Shown here piece after piece: positions 25,401 to 39,462 of a DNA stretch of 64,000 bases. Source of the stretch: Marsupella aquatica (taxonomy: Eukaryota; Plantae; Marchantiophyta); the NCBI GenBank assembly GCA_973895155.1, contig OZ316894.1:3744944-3808943 (forward strand), given 5' to 3'. Below the pieces are notes generated by a model, which was not told the DNA's origin, searched no databases, and saw nothing but the letters and a program-made list of their open reading frames with translations. Both the position numbers and the translations under genes were made by a program. How positions within the stretch are numbered: the first letter of the stretch is position 1; the number at the start of each line of letters is the position of its first letter.

Positions 25401-27106
25401 CAAAAATAGTAAAGACAAGGAACTTGTTGCACAATTCTTCAATGCAACACTCAGGAACTTAATAAAACTAGCTCGCTTGAGCTTAGAACTTGCCATCTAG
25501 AGAGCTAATGGGGCGAAGATGACTTCAGCACGAGACCACCAGAAAAATAATGAGCGGGCCTGAAGCTTGAGCCCTTTGAAAATTCCCTTTCTAGGATGCC
25601 GGTCAGAAAATCGGCCGAAATTAAAGGCTAAACGATATCTTTAGTGGATACTAAGCCCGACTAAGGTTTGTACGTTAAGCTCATTGGGACGATTGGGTTA
25701 AAACAATTTGTCAGCAGCTTCTTTCAGTACTCTGATCAGAAGACATCCACCCTGCAAAATTTGGCATGGAAGTGAAGGAAAACTTACTATTTGTGCAAAG
25801 TAAGGTGAGCTTGGGGGCGCACAAGCCTTACATTCACACGGCAACCAGAACAGGTCACTCCCAGTATCTAGCGCCACGAAGTAAGAGACGCTTGGCGTGC
25901 CAATGTTAATCAGAGTGTAATAGAGTCTGCATTCAACAATCAACACTTTTCAATTTAAACGAGCCATGGAATCGCGCGAAGACGGTCCAATTGGAGGAAC
26001 TGAAATAGGCATGAATCCGAAAATGCGTGAATGAGTACATGAACGCATGCATTGCACGATTTTTGACTCAAACCAGTAACGCAGGGAGCGCAAAGAGGCA
26101 AATAACAGCCTGAGAAGCCGAAATACAGGTTAGAAGCACTCATTAAAACTTACCAAAACAATGGGAAACGGACCGACTCAAGGATGCCCGCTAGCTAACA
26201 GTTCACCGATTACAGAAAGCAATTGAACAGCGCGGTGGGAGGAAGGAAATTTGGTGTGGCAGTAAAGCAAGGCAAATGCGACAACGACTAAGCAAAGAGC
26301 AATGCAAGTTGGACGCGCGGGTGCCGTCAAGCTAAGAGACAGACATGTCGACGGCAATTTTATCAATGAAGTGGAAGCAAACGACCAAGCTTGCAAGTAA
26401 GGAAGCGCAGAGTGACTGACAGCAATACAAGCCAAATACGCTAATGCCCACCAGCTTGTTGCTAACTTCAGAAAGCAGTTTCAGGGTCCAGTAGAAAGAA
26501 GGAAGGGAGAGAGGAAGTGTGGAATGCCTGAGAGTCGGTCAAGCGACATGGGCCACTGCCTGCAAGCTGAGAGCGAGGTCAATCATTACGGAAAGCGATC
26601 GAGTAGTGCGTTGGCATGCAGGAAGGAGGGAAGACTAGGATTGGAAGAGATAGCGATGAAGAAACAATGCAGGGAGGGGCTGCCAAGGGAAGTAGTTTGA
26701 TTTGTTAAGTGGAATGGAGGACGAGACAATGCGAGTCAAACACAAACATATCAAGAAATTCCACGAACTGACAGACTGGCAGACGAAATGTAACTCACCC
26801 GTCAATGCTCATAATGGTGCTGTTGCCCAGGAAGAAAGTCAGGGTTCTCGGAGCTGTGGCGAGATTCCTGCCATGACGAACGAAATCTCTGTGAACCAGC
26901 AATTGGTGATACTCTGGTGTGTTGACGGCCGGGAACTCCCACTCTGCCCCAGATTTCTCAGCATTCTCCTTCGCCTGCTGTGAGAGCCTGTGATAAAATG
27001 TCATCTGCGGAAGGGCTCCATCCCCACTAACAGACGCGGACGCAGAAGAGCACAATCGTACCAGCAGAGCAGCAACAATGAGCTGTTGAACCATAAACAT
27101 CTGCAT
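22449..27106 (-). CDS. A1 (pepsin-like) aspartic protease with signal peptide and likely GPI anchor; ~10 exons
   Basis: Signal peptide MQMFMVQQLIVAALLVRL; LYYTLINIGTP..FVALDTGSDLFWLPC; DGLMGLG; DSFSMCF; LFDTGTTTTFL; FCLAVL..SIFG/ANFMVGHNLIFNR; Ser/Pro/Thr-rich tail ending in a hydrophobic stretch. GT-AG exon boundaries are visible. Confidence 0.93.
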
Positions 27107-27724
27107 TGCTAACTAGATGGAACTCTTACCACCACCGAGTGGTATGCCTCCCTGTGCCTGCCTTCCTGCCCTCTAAAGCATGAGATGAACTGCAGAGCGC
27201 ACTCAATCGGTAGGCCGAATAACAAGAGTCCGCTGTCACAAACTTCTCACAGATTGAATGCCTCTGATCCAGAAATTTTAATATCCCATCCCGAGAAGCA
27301 AACGAGGTCCTTCTCTCTTACTCTCTCTCCTACGGCAACGAGATTGAAAGTACCACAAGACCTGGGTTTCCTTTAGTGTGGCGAGCACAACCCAATAGAC
27401 TCTCTGAACGAATTTATTCGAGAATTATCAGCTCCAGACTCCTGAAAGAACAGACTTGCCTTATTCAGCAACTACCCGGTGCAATCTAAATAAGAAAGCT
27501 CCCCTTAACGGATGGGTTGCTGAAAAATTTTGCTCGCTAGATAGCCGACCGATACAATGCAGCCTTTGAATTCATCAGGAAGTAGTAGCGGCCCCACCGA
27601 TCCGGACTGGTAACAACCCCCAACACCTTCAAATTCGTCAGGAGCTCAGTTCATCAGCTGCGAGTCTCCGTCTGTATCATGTCACACACACATCAGAGAC
27701 ACTCCCCCTCCCATGACGAGCCAA

Positions 27725-27763
<39 letters not shown>

Positions 27764-28429
27764 CCAGAGCTATCTTTGCCCAATGCCGCAGACAGAGACC
27801 ACCCAATGCACTCTATCTGTGAGGTACGGGTCATCACGAAAAAAAATTCGTCCTCAGCTTCGGAATAGGCTGCTTGACTGTTTGGTGCTGTTACTGTTGG
27901 TGATGATGACGATGACAATCTCAAGACCAATTACCAACAACTGAACAACACGTATATCGTGAGAGAGACCAATGCACACTGGGTCAGCTTCTAATCCCCA
28001 GCTTCTAATCATCAGCTCAAGTAGAATGCAAATATGCAATGCACTAGTGAGAAGTGAGACTGTTGCAGTGCAAGACAGAGCGGCCAAGAAGGCAGCCAAG
28101 TGGCGGTGCAGTTGACTAAAACAGGGAGCTCGTCAGCTGACAGAATAGACTCCTAGACTCAGCAGAGTTGGAATCTCAAAGCTCCTTCCAGTCGAGTCGT
28201 CGAGATCCATGGATGCTGACAAGATCACAAGACCCCAAAAGTCAAGCTGAATTAAACGCTCTCTGGGCTCAGGGCTGTGAAAAGTGGGAACTGTGGGAAT
28301 CCATCTCCCAACCTTCAAGTTAGTGCGCTGCAACTCTGCAACTAACACAGTATACAGTGCGGTACAGTACACTTACAAAAAAGAGAAGGGTGACATTGCA
28401 GAGACTGCCTGCGCACTTTATTTATTTTT

Positions 28430-28990
28430 AAATGAAACAGAGTTTGGAATGAAAAATGCATATCACGCTTCCAAACAACAAAAAGTTACCAGACCAGGAG
28501 ACGTGACTCGTTTTTAGATGAAGGGGGTTGGAATGGAAAAGATATATGTCACACTGCCCAAAGAACAAAAAGGGACCAAACCAAACGACAGGGTCACCAA
28601 ATGCACTTGAAAGGGAGATTGGAATGAAAAATATCTGCTACAGAACAAAAGGAGAGGAAACCAGGAGACAGGATCCAAAAGCAATTGATTCATTTGGAAA
28701 CGAAAAGGAAATATATATGTGTGGCACTGCCAGAGAATGAAAGGGGGCCCAAACCAGGAGACAAGGATACTAAAGGCACTTGATTGATTTTAAAATGAAA
28801 GAGACATTGGACTGAAAAATAGACAAGTGGCACTGCCAAAGAACAAAAAGGGGCCAAACCAGGAGACATGATCCCAAGGACACTTGATTACTCTTAAAAT
28901 GAAACAGAGGTTGGAATGGAAAATATATATATCACACTGCCAAAGGCTAAACCAGGGGAGACAGGATCCTAGGGGCAAGAGATCAAATAA
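28430..28990 (+). repeat. Degenerate tandem array of ~100-110-bp units (5-6 copies)
   Basis: Recurrent TTGGAATGAAAAAT...CACTGCCAAAGAACAAAAAGGG.CCAAACCAGGAGACA...GCACTTGATT. Confidence 0.8.
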
Positions 28991-31900
28991 AGAGGAGAAA
29001 ATAAAGAAAAACCAGGAAGACCAAAGAGCCAAAAAGAAGAGTCCCCCTCAATGGCAACGGAACTAAAGCCATACTAACTCTATATCTATCAATGATTCAA
29101 TGAAATCATGCCGGACATGACGTACTCATAGAGTGAACCCATAAATTGTAACTTCTTTTGTGAGAGATTTTTTTATATATTGACTTTGCTTGTGAGTAAG
29201 GATGGGCACAGAAGTCCGAGTAAAAGGCACCTTTCCTGTGCATCTGCGCTACTACGGAGGCTAGGCTAGAATGAAAAAGACATTGTTTGAAGAAAACCTT
29301 TGATAACTCATAGTCCACTATAATGTGTTTTGCAACCAAAATGATTAGAGGATGTGGCTTCCAAAGCCCGGGTTTGAATGGGACCTCCATCTAAACCTTT
29401 GAACGCTTGATTTCAGATGGGATCGGGGATGGGATACCAATATGCGCTTTTCTGTAAAAAGTTTGTGTATGTTAAATATGCTCTTGGTAAGGAAAACCAG
29501 AAGATGACGTGTACAGTGAACTGGTTATATAACAGTCCGACTTCAACCTCTGCTGTAGCATAGCCTTTAAAAATCTTAGATGGACGGTCCAGAACTCCAT
29601 TACAGTCTACACTGTACGCAACTCCATTGATCAACTATGGCATCTCAAATTTGAACATTTTTTGTTCCCCATGGACACCCGCTCATTCCGCCCACCAATT
29701 TGGCTACCAACACTTATATACCAGGTTTTTTAGTGACCCAGATGTAGTTTCTAGATTCCTTACTAGAATTAGCGGCGGAGGGAAGTACGGGTCAGCGCCA
29801 AGCTCGGCGTCGGAGGCTTGGCGACGAGCTTTTAGGGGGCCTACTAATTTAGCTACAGTAAAGAGCAACGCGCGGAGGGGACGGGAAGGTGGGGAGAGGG
29901 GTCGAGAGACATCGGCGGCGTCATTTAATGAGCTTGGTCCTAACGACGCGAGCCTGAATGATCTTCTCGGTTTGTTGGCCCTACCGGCGAGAATGATGCC
30001 GGCTACTCCGGCGTTGCTGAGTGGCCCGGTCTCATCGTGCTGGTCAGGTGGAGGACTCGGCGTTAGGAACAGTCCCTACTCCTGATCGACCTTTCAGGTT
30101 CGTGCAATGCAATAACTGTATAATTATGATTAAAGTTTTAGCTGTACATTAAAGTTCAGAACTACAGTAAAGTTCATGTTTAAAGCGGGGTTTAAAGGGC
30201 TCTATGGAATATTAGCTTATAATTACTTTGACAACATTCTCATAGTTTTTTAATATAAAAGTGTGCCATGATTTCGTATATGGATGACAAACTCACCCAT
30301 ATGTGGATGATAAGTTCACCAAGATAAATATTATAACCGTATACAAAAACTTTGATATATTTACAAATACATGAAAATAATGACAATTTAATGAATTGGG
30401 ACATATTTAATGGCAATGTACTTAAAATTGTATGTTATTCAAGGGCTCATTGTTCATTTAATGGCAATGTACTTAAAATTGTATGTTATTCAGCTCAAGT
30501 TTTCAGTGGCTATTATTACCTATAATGCTCCAAAACAGGTCCCTAGTACACTTAAGTTTCAATAAGGGCTTTTTGGTCATCCTGGTTTTCCTGTGTTTAT
30601 TTTATTAGGGTGTCTTCAACGCACGAGTTGTTTCCCCTATTTCTTTAGTCATCCAGTATGAGGAACTCTTGTTCCCCGTTTTTCTTTAGTCAGCACTTGT
30701 GTGAATTGTTTGTCTGTGACCCTAACCAAACACAAGCTTTTGGAAAAACTTAATTTAGGGGGATTCCTGTTTGAGGCGGGGTCACAAGACGCGTACACAG
30801 GTCAATTCAACATCATTGATTTTTGAATGAGAGCCAATGATTCTTGAAGGGTACCGACACATATGCGCGGAGCGCTTCCTGGCATAGACACACGTGCATT
30901 GACAGCCCAGGTAAGTGAATTTTGTATTTTTGGGCAGGCAGATTTTTTTATCTGCAACCAGGGATTTTCTCTTTGTGATTTTTGGTTCTTTCAAGGACAA
31001 GAGTGCATAGTCCAGATTTGACATAAGGATCATGAAACTTTTCAACTACATTCACTAAAAATAGTAACACTAAAAAAATTCTGAGGCAGAGAGAACGACA
31101 GTGCAGCACCAAGGCCACGACCGAGCACCCCACCATGCCACAAGAGCACAGCACCAAGGGAGAGCAAGCTACAACTGAGGGCGAGACAATGAGGGCACAG
31201 CACAGGAGACCAAAATAATGAGAGCACGAGCATGGCAAGTGTTCAGACACACAAGAGCGAATGTGTGAGCCGGGCCTTCAGCCAGGAGCTGTCCTAAACT
31301 TGCCGCTCTAAAGTGGTAGCCATCCTAAGCCCATATGCGGCACTCAACTTATTTACTGCCACTAAAAAAATATATTTCCTCTAAAAACAAAGAAATGAAA
31401 GCAAGTTCCAAGATGAACTGTCTATAATCTAGGTGAGAACCATAGGTTCCAGGGGGTTGCAACGGCCAATCAGAGTATTTGTTCCTAGAAATCTACTCCA
31501 TTTACCCTCTTTGAGGGGGTGACAGTTAGAGGGTTAGTCGTTATAAAAGCAAATAAGGAATTAAAACACCCAGACAGGTGTTGTCAGTGCCATAGTGTAT
31601 ATGGAAAATTCGTGGCAGGCCCCATCATGAATTGGTAGTGTTTAGTGTTTATTGGCACTGGGGTTTGGGAGTTTCAATTTTGGGTTTAGGGTGGCACGCT
31701 TCAGTAGGGTCCAGGCACACAACTACCAGTGGTACCTGTGAGGGTCCTTAGCTCAAATCATATGCACTTCAGATAGTTATTTAAGTTTTTAATCAAAATT
31801 TTCAGTACATAATTTTCTACATACAAAAAGTAATCATGCACACAAAGTTTTTTGTACATAATATTTTCATCCAAGAACTTTAGCCATTGACCTTGTACTC

Positions 31901-32514
31901 CTTTCTGGTCTGCAACAGTCCAGGTGCAACATGCACTCGCGCAAAGCCAGCGCAGTCCAGATGAGGATTGTGCTCCTCACAAAGTTGGTATGGCCTGCAG
32001 CATGTACACCTTACAGTCCGTGCATGGCATGCGTACTCATTTGGAGCCAACGTGATTCAAGTGCAAGCAGTTGGAACTGTTCTACAATTACGTAGACACA
32101 GATAACAATGCGAGACATTCCTTTGCACCTTGCTTTTACTATTTGTTTCTGTACCAACAATTACTTGGGAGGGTATGTACACCAGTTTTTGCCAACAGCT
32201 AATTGTCTGTCTGCTTTTTCTCTAGATTGGGGGGGGGGGGGGACACAAGAAGTAACGAAGTCACTCGTGTATGAATGACTACTTACAGGTAGAGATAATC
32301 ACTCAAATGGAGTTGTCCTTGTATACCTTGGACTGATCCCTACATACGATTTTTTTGCAAGGTTCAACTTATTTGAAAATGGCATGGTGTTTTACCAACC
32401 ACGCGAAAAATGTTCTGGGACGGATTGTACTCTGAGCTATTTATTGCGTACGGCTAAAAGCTTTCAGTCAACATACTCAGGCAATACAGGCTGCAAATCT
32501 CAGCAGACCTGGAG

Positions 32515-35500
32515 TTACTCGTCACTGTTGACATTGAAATGACCCTCGTTTCCAGCCTGAAAAATTCAGCGAAGTAGGTTATTGAAATGCCTCGCATACA
32601 CTCCCGCAAGTTGTGCTACAATGCCAAGCATGCTGAATCGATGCGTAAGAAGTGGGTACTCACTTGAACCAAAGAGCGGGAACGATTCCTTGTCTTCGTA
32701 CGTGCCTTGCTTATGACCGAATTTGGTGACATATACAACCTCTGCCAAAACATTGCCAAGATAAATATATGGGACATGAATCTTTGTAAAGGACCAGGCA
32801 AGAGAGGAAATTTGTTGCTCAATAAAATTCCTCATCAGAAAATATTGAGGTGACTGAAGATCTGTTTTCCAACTAGAAATTGTACCTTCTCTTTGGTAGA
32901 CAAAGTTTGCCGCTTTTGGCCACGTGGCTGAAACTCAAAAATTTCATGTAGGAGTGCATTTCCCTGCATCCACGACAATTCAGAAGGTACTCTACCGTCG
33001 CGCTACAGAGTCACATATACTCAAGAGATACAAGTCTGATGGAAGCAAGCACACCAATCTTCATATAGTAGCCTTATTTAATCCTCTGCTTCGTCTCCAC
33101 AGACATGCATACATTACCACCGACCGGCAGAACAAAAGACAATGTCATCAAAACTTCTCTAGTGCAATTAACGTCTCCCAAATGACATACCTGCAAATGG
33201 CGTTGAAATCCTTCTGCCAAGACTCGACGCAATGCATTCAACTGCAGCAAAAGATAACCAAAGCTTAGATGGGGAAAGACAAAACTTGCAAAAAGCAGAG
33301 GTCACATATAATCTGCTGAAGGAATTGGCTAAATGAAAATTAAGGGCAGAATTTAAGGAGGACGTGTTGTACCTGGATGGTTTGGGTCCAAGTGTTGATG
33401 GTCAAAACGTCACCACCTTGAAGCTTCACAGATATCTCCCGACACACACCATCCTAAACCATGAAATAATGAAATTACATAAATTAAACGTGCAACCCAC
33501 AAAAACTACCCGCTTCTAAACCTGAACAACTGCAAGCAGATATCTAAATTGGTGATGAACTGAAGTCTGACAAGACCCAATGAAGTCTCGGTACACTCTG
33601 GGATGACAATAATTACTACATGCGAAGGCAGAAGTTGTCCACTAATACAACCTCGATGTTTGTCAGATAATCTTTGAATGAAGCACGCTGGGCATAGCGC
33701 TCTTTTCTGGACTGCCCCTTGCCACCAGCTTGGACAGATAAAGCCTTCATCTGCTCAACAACCTGCTCAACAAGAAAACATAATAATCACGACCGTGCGA
33801 GATTGCTGTATCAAGCCAGTTCAGAAGTCGAATGACAGTACTGTCTGGCTAGGTCGAAACATGGCTAGAACATACCTCCACTTCCTTTGCCTCGAATCTC
33901 TTCCCAGCAGAGGCGGCCAGCTTATGAGTGGGCTGAGGCCCAGGCACAGAGGGAGCTGGATTGTCTGAGATTTCCTCGGGCTTTAAGTCAGAATCTTCAA
34001 GAAGGTCCTTAGAAGTCTCATACAAAAGGGCCACTGCCTCCCCAGCCGCTTTACGGACAGCCAAATCATCGTCCTTCAAGAGGAATGACAAAGTAGGGAG
34101 GCTCCTGATCACAGACAGGTCCAAAGAGGGGGTCAGAAGTGACACCCACTTGAGCACCTAGCTGTAAATAACAGACTACTAGACATAGGGGACCAAACAT
34201 GGGTTACAATTACACAAATTCTCCTGAATCTAAATCTGCAAAAACGGAGACAAATACATGGAACTTCCATCCCCACTACATTAATCCGATTCATTTCAAA
34301 CAACCCAGCTCCTAAATATGGTAAATGATACTAATCAGATGAAAAAAGGATAGGATGACCCTTACAAAGCAACATGGTGGCTAGCAATGCGCGTTGAAGG
34401 GACGGTGGATAACAGCAATGCCCAAGACAATACAGCTGCAGCCTTGACAGATCCAGAAGGCTTATTTGTCCCCATGATCTGCAAGTTTGAATGAAAGGCG
34501 TACGAGGTCAGTAACAAGAACCTCCATCCTCAAGCAGAGACATTCTGCCAATAATTTCTGGGGAGGTCACCCATGAAAATTTAGAACCCTGCTTCTACTG
34601 TAATGGTATGCATCAACCCAATTCCACCATATCCACATTATGAAAATGGTTACCTGATCTGAATGATAGTTCCCTTTGTGGCTACAAATCTGCCACAGAA
34701 CAGCCATTGCATTCTCGGTTGTTTCCAATTCAGTGTCGCTCACAAAAGGTACAATCCCCATGGTATCCAGCGTCTGCAACAACAACGCCGTAATAACCTT
34801 TCACTAGTCAGTAGAAGACTTTCAGGCAGCCAAAAATACCCATCCACACTTAGTTTTCTTTGTCTTCATCCAGTAGCATGTTGCCATGGCCCATACCCAT
34901 AGATCGATCCTCTGCCGTAGATGCATATTGTACAGACCTAGCGAGCCTGTTAGGAAGAAACAATGCAGAGGATTGTAAGCCATACCGAGACACGAGTGGA
35001 AGAAGATGAATCGGTCTTTGCGACTTTAACCAGATGAGGCCAGGCATCATTCATTATCAGGTCTGCAATATCTCCAGGCCCGGCTGTCAACGCCAATAAA
35101 CCTGCAACGAAGCGTGAACCATTCCAAAACATAAGGAGGGCGTTTCACAGGAAGGTACACACGGTCCCTAGAGATGGAGAACAGGTAAACTCATGTACCG
35201 ATTGCGCGAGCGGAAAGAGCTCTCTCAATGGCTGATCCGCGCTTGATGGATACCAGAAAGAGATGCAAAAGGGTTTCATACCTGCAAACCACAACATAAA
35301 CAGTCACAGCCAGAACTATATAAGCAAAACATCCTAATCGTCAAAAACTTTACATGAGAATCCAAATGGCAATCGGTAAAAGAAGTTCTTGGCTCAGTTA
35401 TCATAATGTCCATTCATAAGATATATACAGTTTTTTCCAGGTATTGAGATAGACGTACTTCTCGTCGACGAAGTCGCCCAACACATTGCTGGTCAAGGCA

Positions 35501-37470
35501 CCAATCAGCCCCCTTAATCCATTCTCTCGCGTGGTAGCCCTGCATCAAAGCCAGCTATGGTAAGATAGTTGAATGTCCTCCAAAACTCCACAGAGAACAG
35601 GCCTTTTGGCAATATCACAGTTATGGAACTTTCAGCCGGAGTGTTCAAAACGATAAAATCATGTTGAAGTCCCACACAATGCCTCGACTGCCGAGTTCAT
35701 TTCTTCGTTCACTCGGCAATATGACAAACAGGTCACCTCTTTGTGTCATCAGACATTCATATTAAATGACGAAAGGTCAATATGGTTGGCACGGTAGGCT
35801 CTGAAATCGAACCCGGAGAATGCGATAAATCAGTGACGTGTATGGCAGGGACAGATCTTTTGCTAGCAAACCGATGTAGTATATGCAAATGGGGGTGACC
35901 CTCCAACTCCACCCGAAGGGTCGACCTTGTTCTATGCAAGAATATTGGTGGAGCACAATACCTCTTTTCATACAAAGCTTCAATAAATCCATCCAGCACG
36001 GTTTCATCATCCTGCTCCTCTTCAACCTCTCCTCTACCAATGTCGAGGGAGGATCCAGTGGAAGTCGTACTGAGGGTGTCATCATCTGCGAAATCTTCCA
36101 CCTTAAGAGCCCTTCGATGATTCTTATCTGCAACATTACAAAAATCAACGAAGAAGATGTTATATACAAGAAGCAAAAATCGAATGAGCGAGATCAGTTA
36201 CTTTTTATTTTAAACAATCATGTTCGAAAAGTTTTCAAGATCATTCCAGAAATATCCGAAGTATTACAAGTTGGACCATGAGCTGAGGTGAACGGGTTCT
36301 TAAAACAACTTCGACTCGTAGCGACGTATTTGGAAGAGGCGCACATTCCCCACCAGTCAAAGTGCATTCAAGCCCAGCCATTAAACTTAAAAACCACTGT
36401 CTCCTAACTCATGTCCCTTCCTCCGACTTAAATAGATCCCCTGTTCTTTATGTCCATATATGACATCATCCGCAATTCTTAAACAATGACCTGTGCCCTC
36501 TATGCCCGTAAAGCCCACAGGTCCGAAACCCGACAATAGGACAGTCATTTCGACAAGGTTCTACGACACTGCTGGATTACGTCCACATGCCCGCCCGTCT
36601 TTGTGACGGTCCCTAAGTGCGACTTTCCATTCAGCAAAGCAACGATAGCGTTGCCTCGGCTCCATAGTAGGGAAAATTCAGACACGAAAGGCGATGATTG
36701 TGAGCAGAACACAACCTCTTTGCACGGAAAAAGGAGCGACTGGGCAGAAACTGGGAACAGCATACAAAAATCCAGTAGGAGGGATCTAACGACATTAAGA
36801 AAGAGTCGTCACACCACGAGGTACCCTAATTTCTCAGGAAACCAATCAAATACCGACCAAATGGTCTCACCGTATCGACACTCGGATACTGGGGTAAAAA
36901 GATCATCAACATTGAGCAGAGACCCTTACCAAATCGGACTCCATCCACACCCCAACTCTGAAGGTGGATGATCTAACACCTCAGAGATAACCTTACAACT
37001 TCAAGATCCGTCCACATTCCAATTCTAGAGATCAAAATGGACCAGACCTAATTTCCACTCTGTGGCTAGAAACTGATAGAAAAGTAGCAAACACCACTCC
37101 CGAATCACATTTCGTCCTCAAAATTAAGCTTAAACACTTATCCCGCAACAATATACTCCGAAACGACATATAGCTTCTTCTCGTCCTCAATAGGTTCAAA
37201 TCTCTCTGTGCTGTGCCTCAGGGCAATGTCCCCAGGAATGGTCCCCCCCTCTATTTCCCACCGCATGAAGTTGGATCAAGAGAGAATGCCCTTTTGCCCC
37301 TTCTTATTCCAGCACCAAAGGCTTCAGTTATCTCAAAGCTTTTAGCAAAGGGATGGCAGGTCAAATACCGGAAGTGTGCTCACATCAGCGGCTCTACCTT
37401 GCAACCAATGCGATTATTTCCACAAACATCACAAAGACTGAAAGGTATTGCACAACTCACTTTTCCCCAT
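32515..37470 (-). CDS. Interferon-related developmental regulator (IFRD) family protein, multi-exon
   Basis: Micro-exon ATGGGGAAAA (37470-37461) joined to NKNHRRA...LDGFIEALYEKR/ATTRE.GL; VRKAAGEAVALLYE; LTINTWTQTIQ/LNALRRVLAEGFQRHLQ/GNALLHEIFEF; LYMSPNSVISKARTK; final exon AGNEGHFNVNSDE-stop at 32515. Confidence 0.9.
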
Positions 37471-39307
37471 GATGCTTCGTCTTCCGTCCGCCTTCGTGCC
37501 GCCGCTACGACAAAACTCCGCTGAAAATGAAATCAGCAGTAGCAGCAGCACGCCCCCAACACTTAAAAAAATTATTTACAAAACCCGTTCGTAGAAGGCG
37601 AAAAGATTTGTACGACTTTACAATTCCTGAAAAAATTCTGTACCGAATAATATCCGGAACGATTGGGATAAATGGCAAAACAATAGTAATCCGTCGTCGC
37701 CTTGTCCTCCATTCTTCAATTTTCCTACCCTGTTCGGTCCTACCAACACCTCTGCAATGACTCCACTGATCACCAAACTCCCGCTGCTTCAAAAAGAGCC
37801 TAAATTGACTCCCCGTCCCGCTCAAACGAAGCAGGCTTCTCTGCTCTTCTTGAGCTCCTACCTGAAAATTTTCTTGTTTAGTTCACGTCCGTACTTCATC
37901 ACTTTACGACCACTTCTACCAAAAGAATCCTGTACAATTAATACGCCTGCATGCTTTTTTTCCGCTTTCGCACTCCTCCTAAGACGTCTGGTCTAATTCG
38001 CCTCCATGTCACACTGTTTCGATTCCTCCAGTAATTCTAAATCGGCGTCCTCATGCTCAGGTTTCTCCACGCGTAGTTGAGGATCTCCATTCCTGTACAG
38101 CGTTCATCCTTAAATCCCTGGTCCTGTAAAGATTTCTAGTTCGCCTCCATCCCTCGCAAATTAGCAGTCAGCTTCTCCATCCTCGCCGTCTCTTGTCCGC
38201 TGCAAATAATGAATCAGTCTTCAACCTGCTCCATGCTTTCGAGTTTCCGTTCCTCCCACGCTACGATTACCACCTCGCTTCCATATACATCTTTCAATAG
38301 ACGTGCGGTCTGCTCCTTTCTCCTCGCACTACACCCTCACCTCTCCATCCCTTCCGTATCTCCCACGCTGAAACCCATGCATCAGATTCCTACTCCTCCA
38401 TGCTTCCGCGTTTCCGTTTCTCCCACGATACGATTACCACCTCGCTTCCATGCTGCTCTCTCTGTAAACGTGCGATCCGCTACTGTCTCCTCGGGTCACA
38501 GTTTCATCGATCGACTCGCTCGAATGGCGCTGTGGACTGAACCGATTCAGACTCTTTCCGTGGCTTCAAGAGGAAGACGAAGAAATGAACCGATCGAGAC
38601 TTTTTCCTTCCTTTTTCTTCGATCGGATGACGACGACGACGACGAAGAAAAGAAGAGGACGAGGAGACGAAACAGAGGAACAGAGGAACAGAGGAAACAG
38701 AGCGATGGAGAAAAGATGGGTTCAATCGATGATCAGTCTCAACTCGACACAACAGTCAAGTCTAAACCCAGAGGCTTTAATTTCAACTCATTAGCGAGCT
38801 TCGAGAATGAATCTCCGCCGTTGGGTAGATAAATGACTGCCACGTGCATGCAGATTACGATTGTTAGAGGTAACTAGTTTATGCTAATGTGAGCTCTAAT
38901 CAGCGGCGCGCATGACGGGGACAGCAGTTTATTATTGTTTCTTTGTTTTGATGATTTGGCTTTATCGCGTCACCCAATGGGAAGCGTCAGGAGGCTTTTG
39001 TGCGAATATTCAATATTGTAAAGGAAAAAATTCCGGAGGACGATGAGGGAAGATTCGTGTGATTTTTACTTGACCAGACATGTAACACTACGTGTCGCAG
39101 AGCAGTGAATCATAGTATCTGTGTAATATGCGTTAGCATCTTTCTTGGCGAACCCATTACGTAACGTACTCATGTAACGATGCGAAATGCTCTGTACTTA
39201 GAACGTACTCATCTAACGATCCGAAATGCTCGGTACTAGTTTGATAGACATTCAAAATAATCTTGACCGTTGCCTCTGTCAAAAGTCTCGACTGGCAAGG
39301 TACTTAA

Positions 39308-39462
39308 ACCACACTTGCCCTTGGAAAGCTACGGGTTACCCTGAATTATCATTCAAAGTAACTTTTTCTTGAAAATCATGGAACAAACTCACATGGTAAA
39401 GGTGAAAAGTGATTTGAATGTGGAAAAGGTAAACACTCCCCCTTATATATGGCCGTGGTGGT
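39308..39462 (-). mobile_element. Candidate 155-bp non-autonomous Kolobok-like miniature element
   Basis: TTAA at 39304-39307 and 39463-39466. The right end read on the minus strand, ACCACCACGGCCATATA, resembles the left end of the large element, ACCGCCACTGTCCATATA. The left end (ACCACACTTG) matches only weakly. Confidence 0.45.

Noticed and set aside
29500-29634. Viroplasmin/RNase H1 N-terminal-like motif FKGYATAE
   Set aside because: Too short, and the upstream conserved residues of that domain are absent.
36387-36404. TTAAAAACCACTGTCTCC as another Kolobok-like end
   Set aside because: Weak match, out of register, with no partner end or subterminal palindrome.
38209-38832. 207-aa plus-strand ORF
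   Set aside because: Low-complexity, CT/GA-rich sequence antisense to the probable IFRD 5' leader; no motifs.
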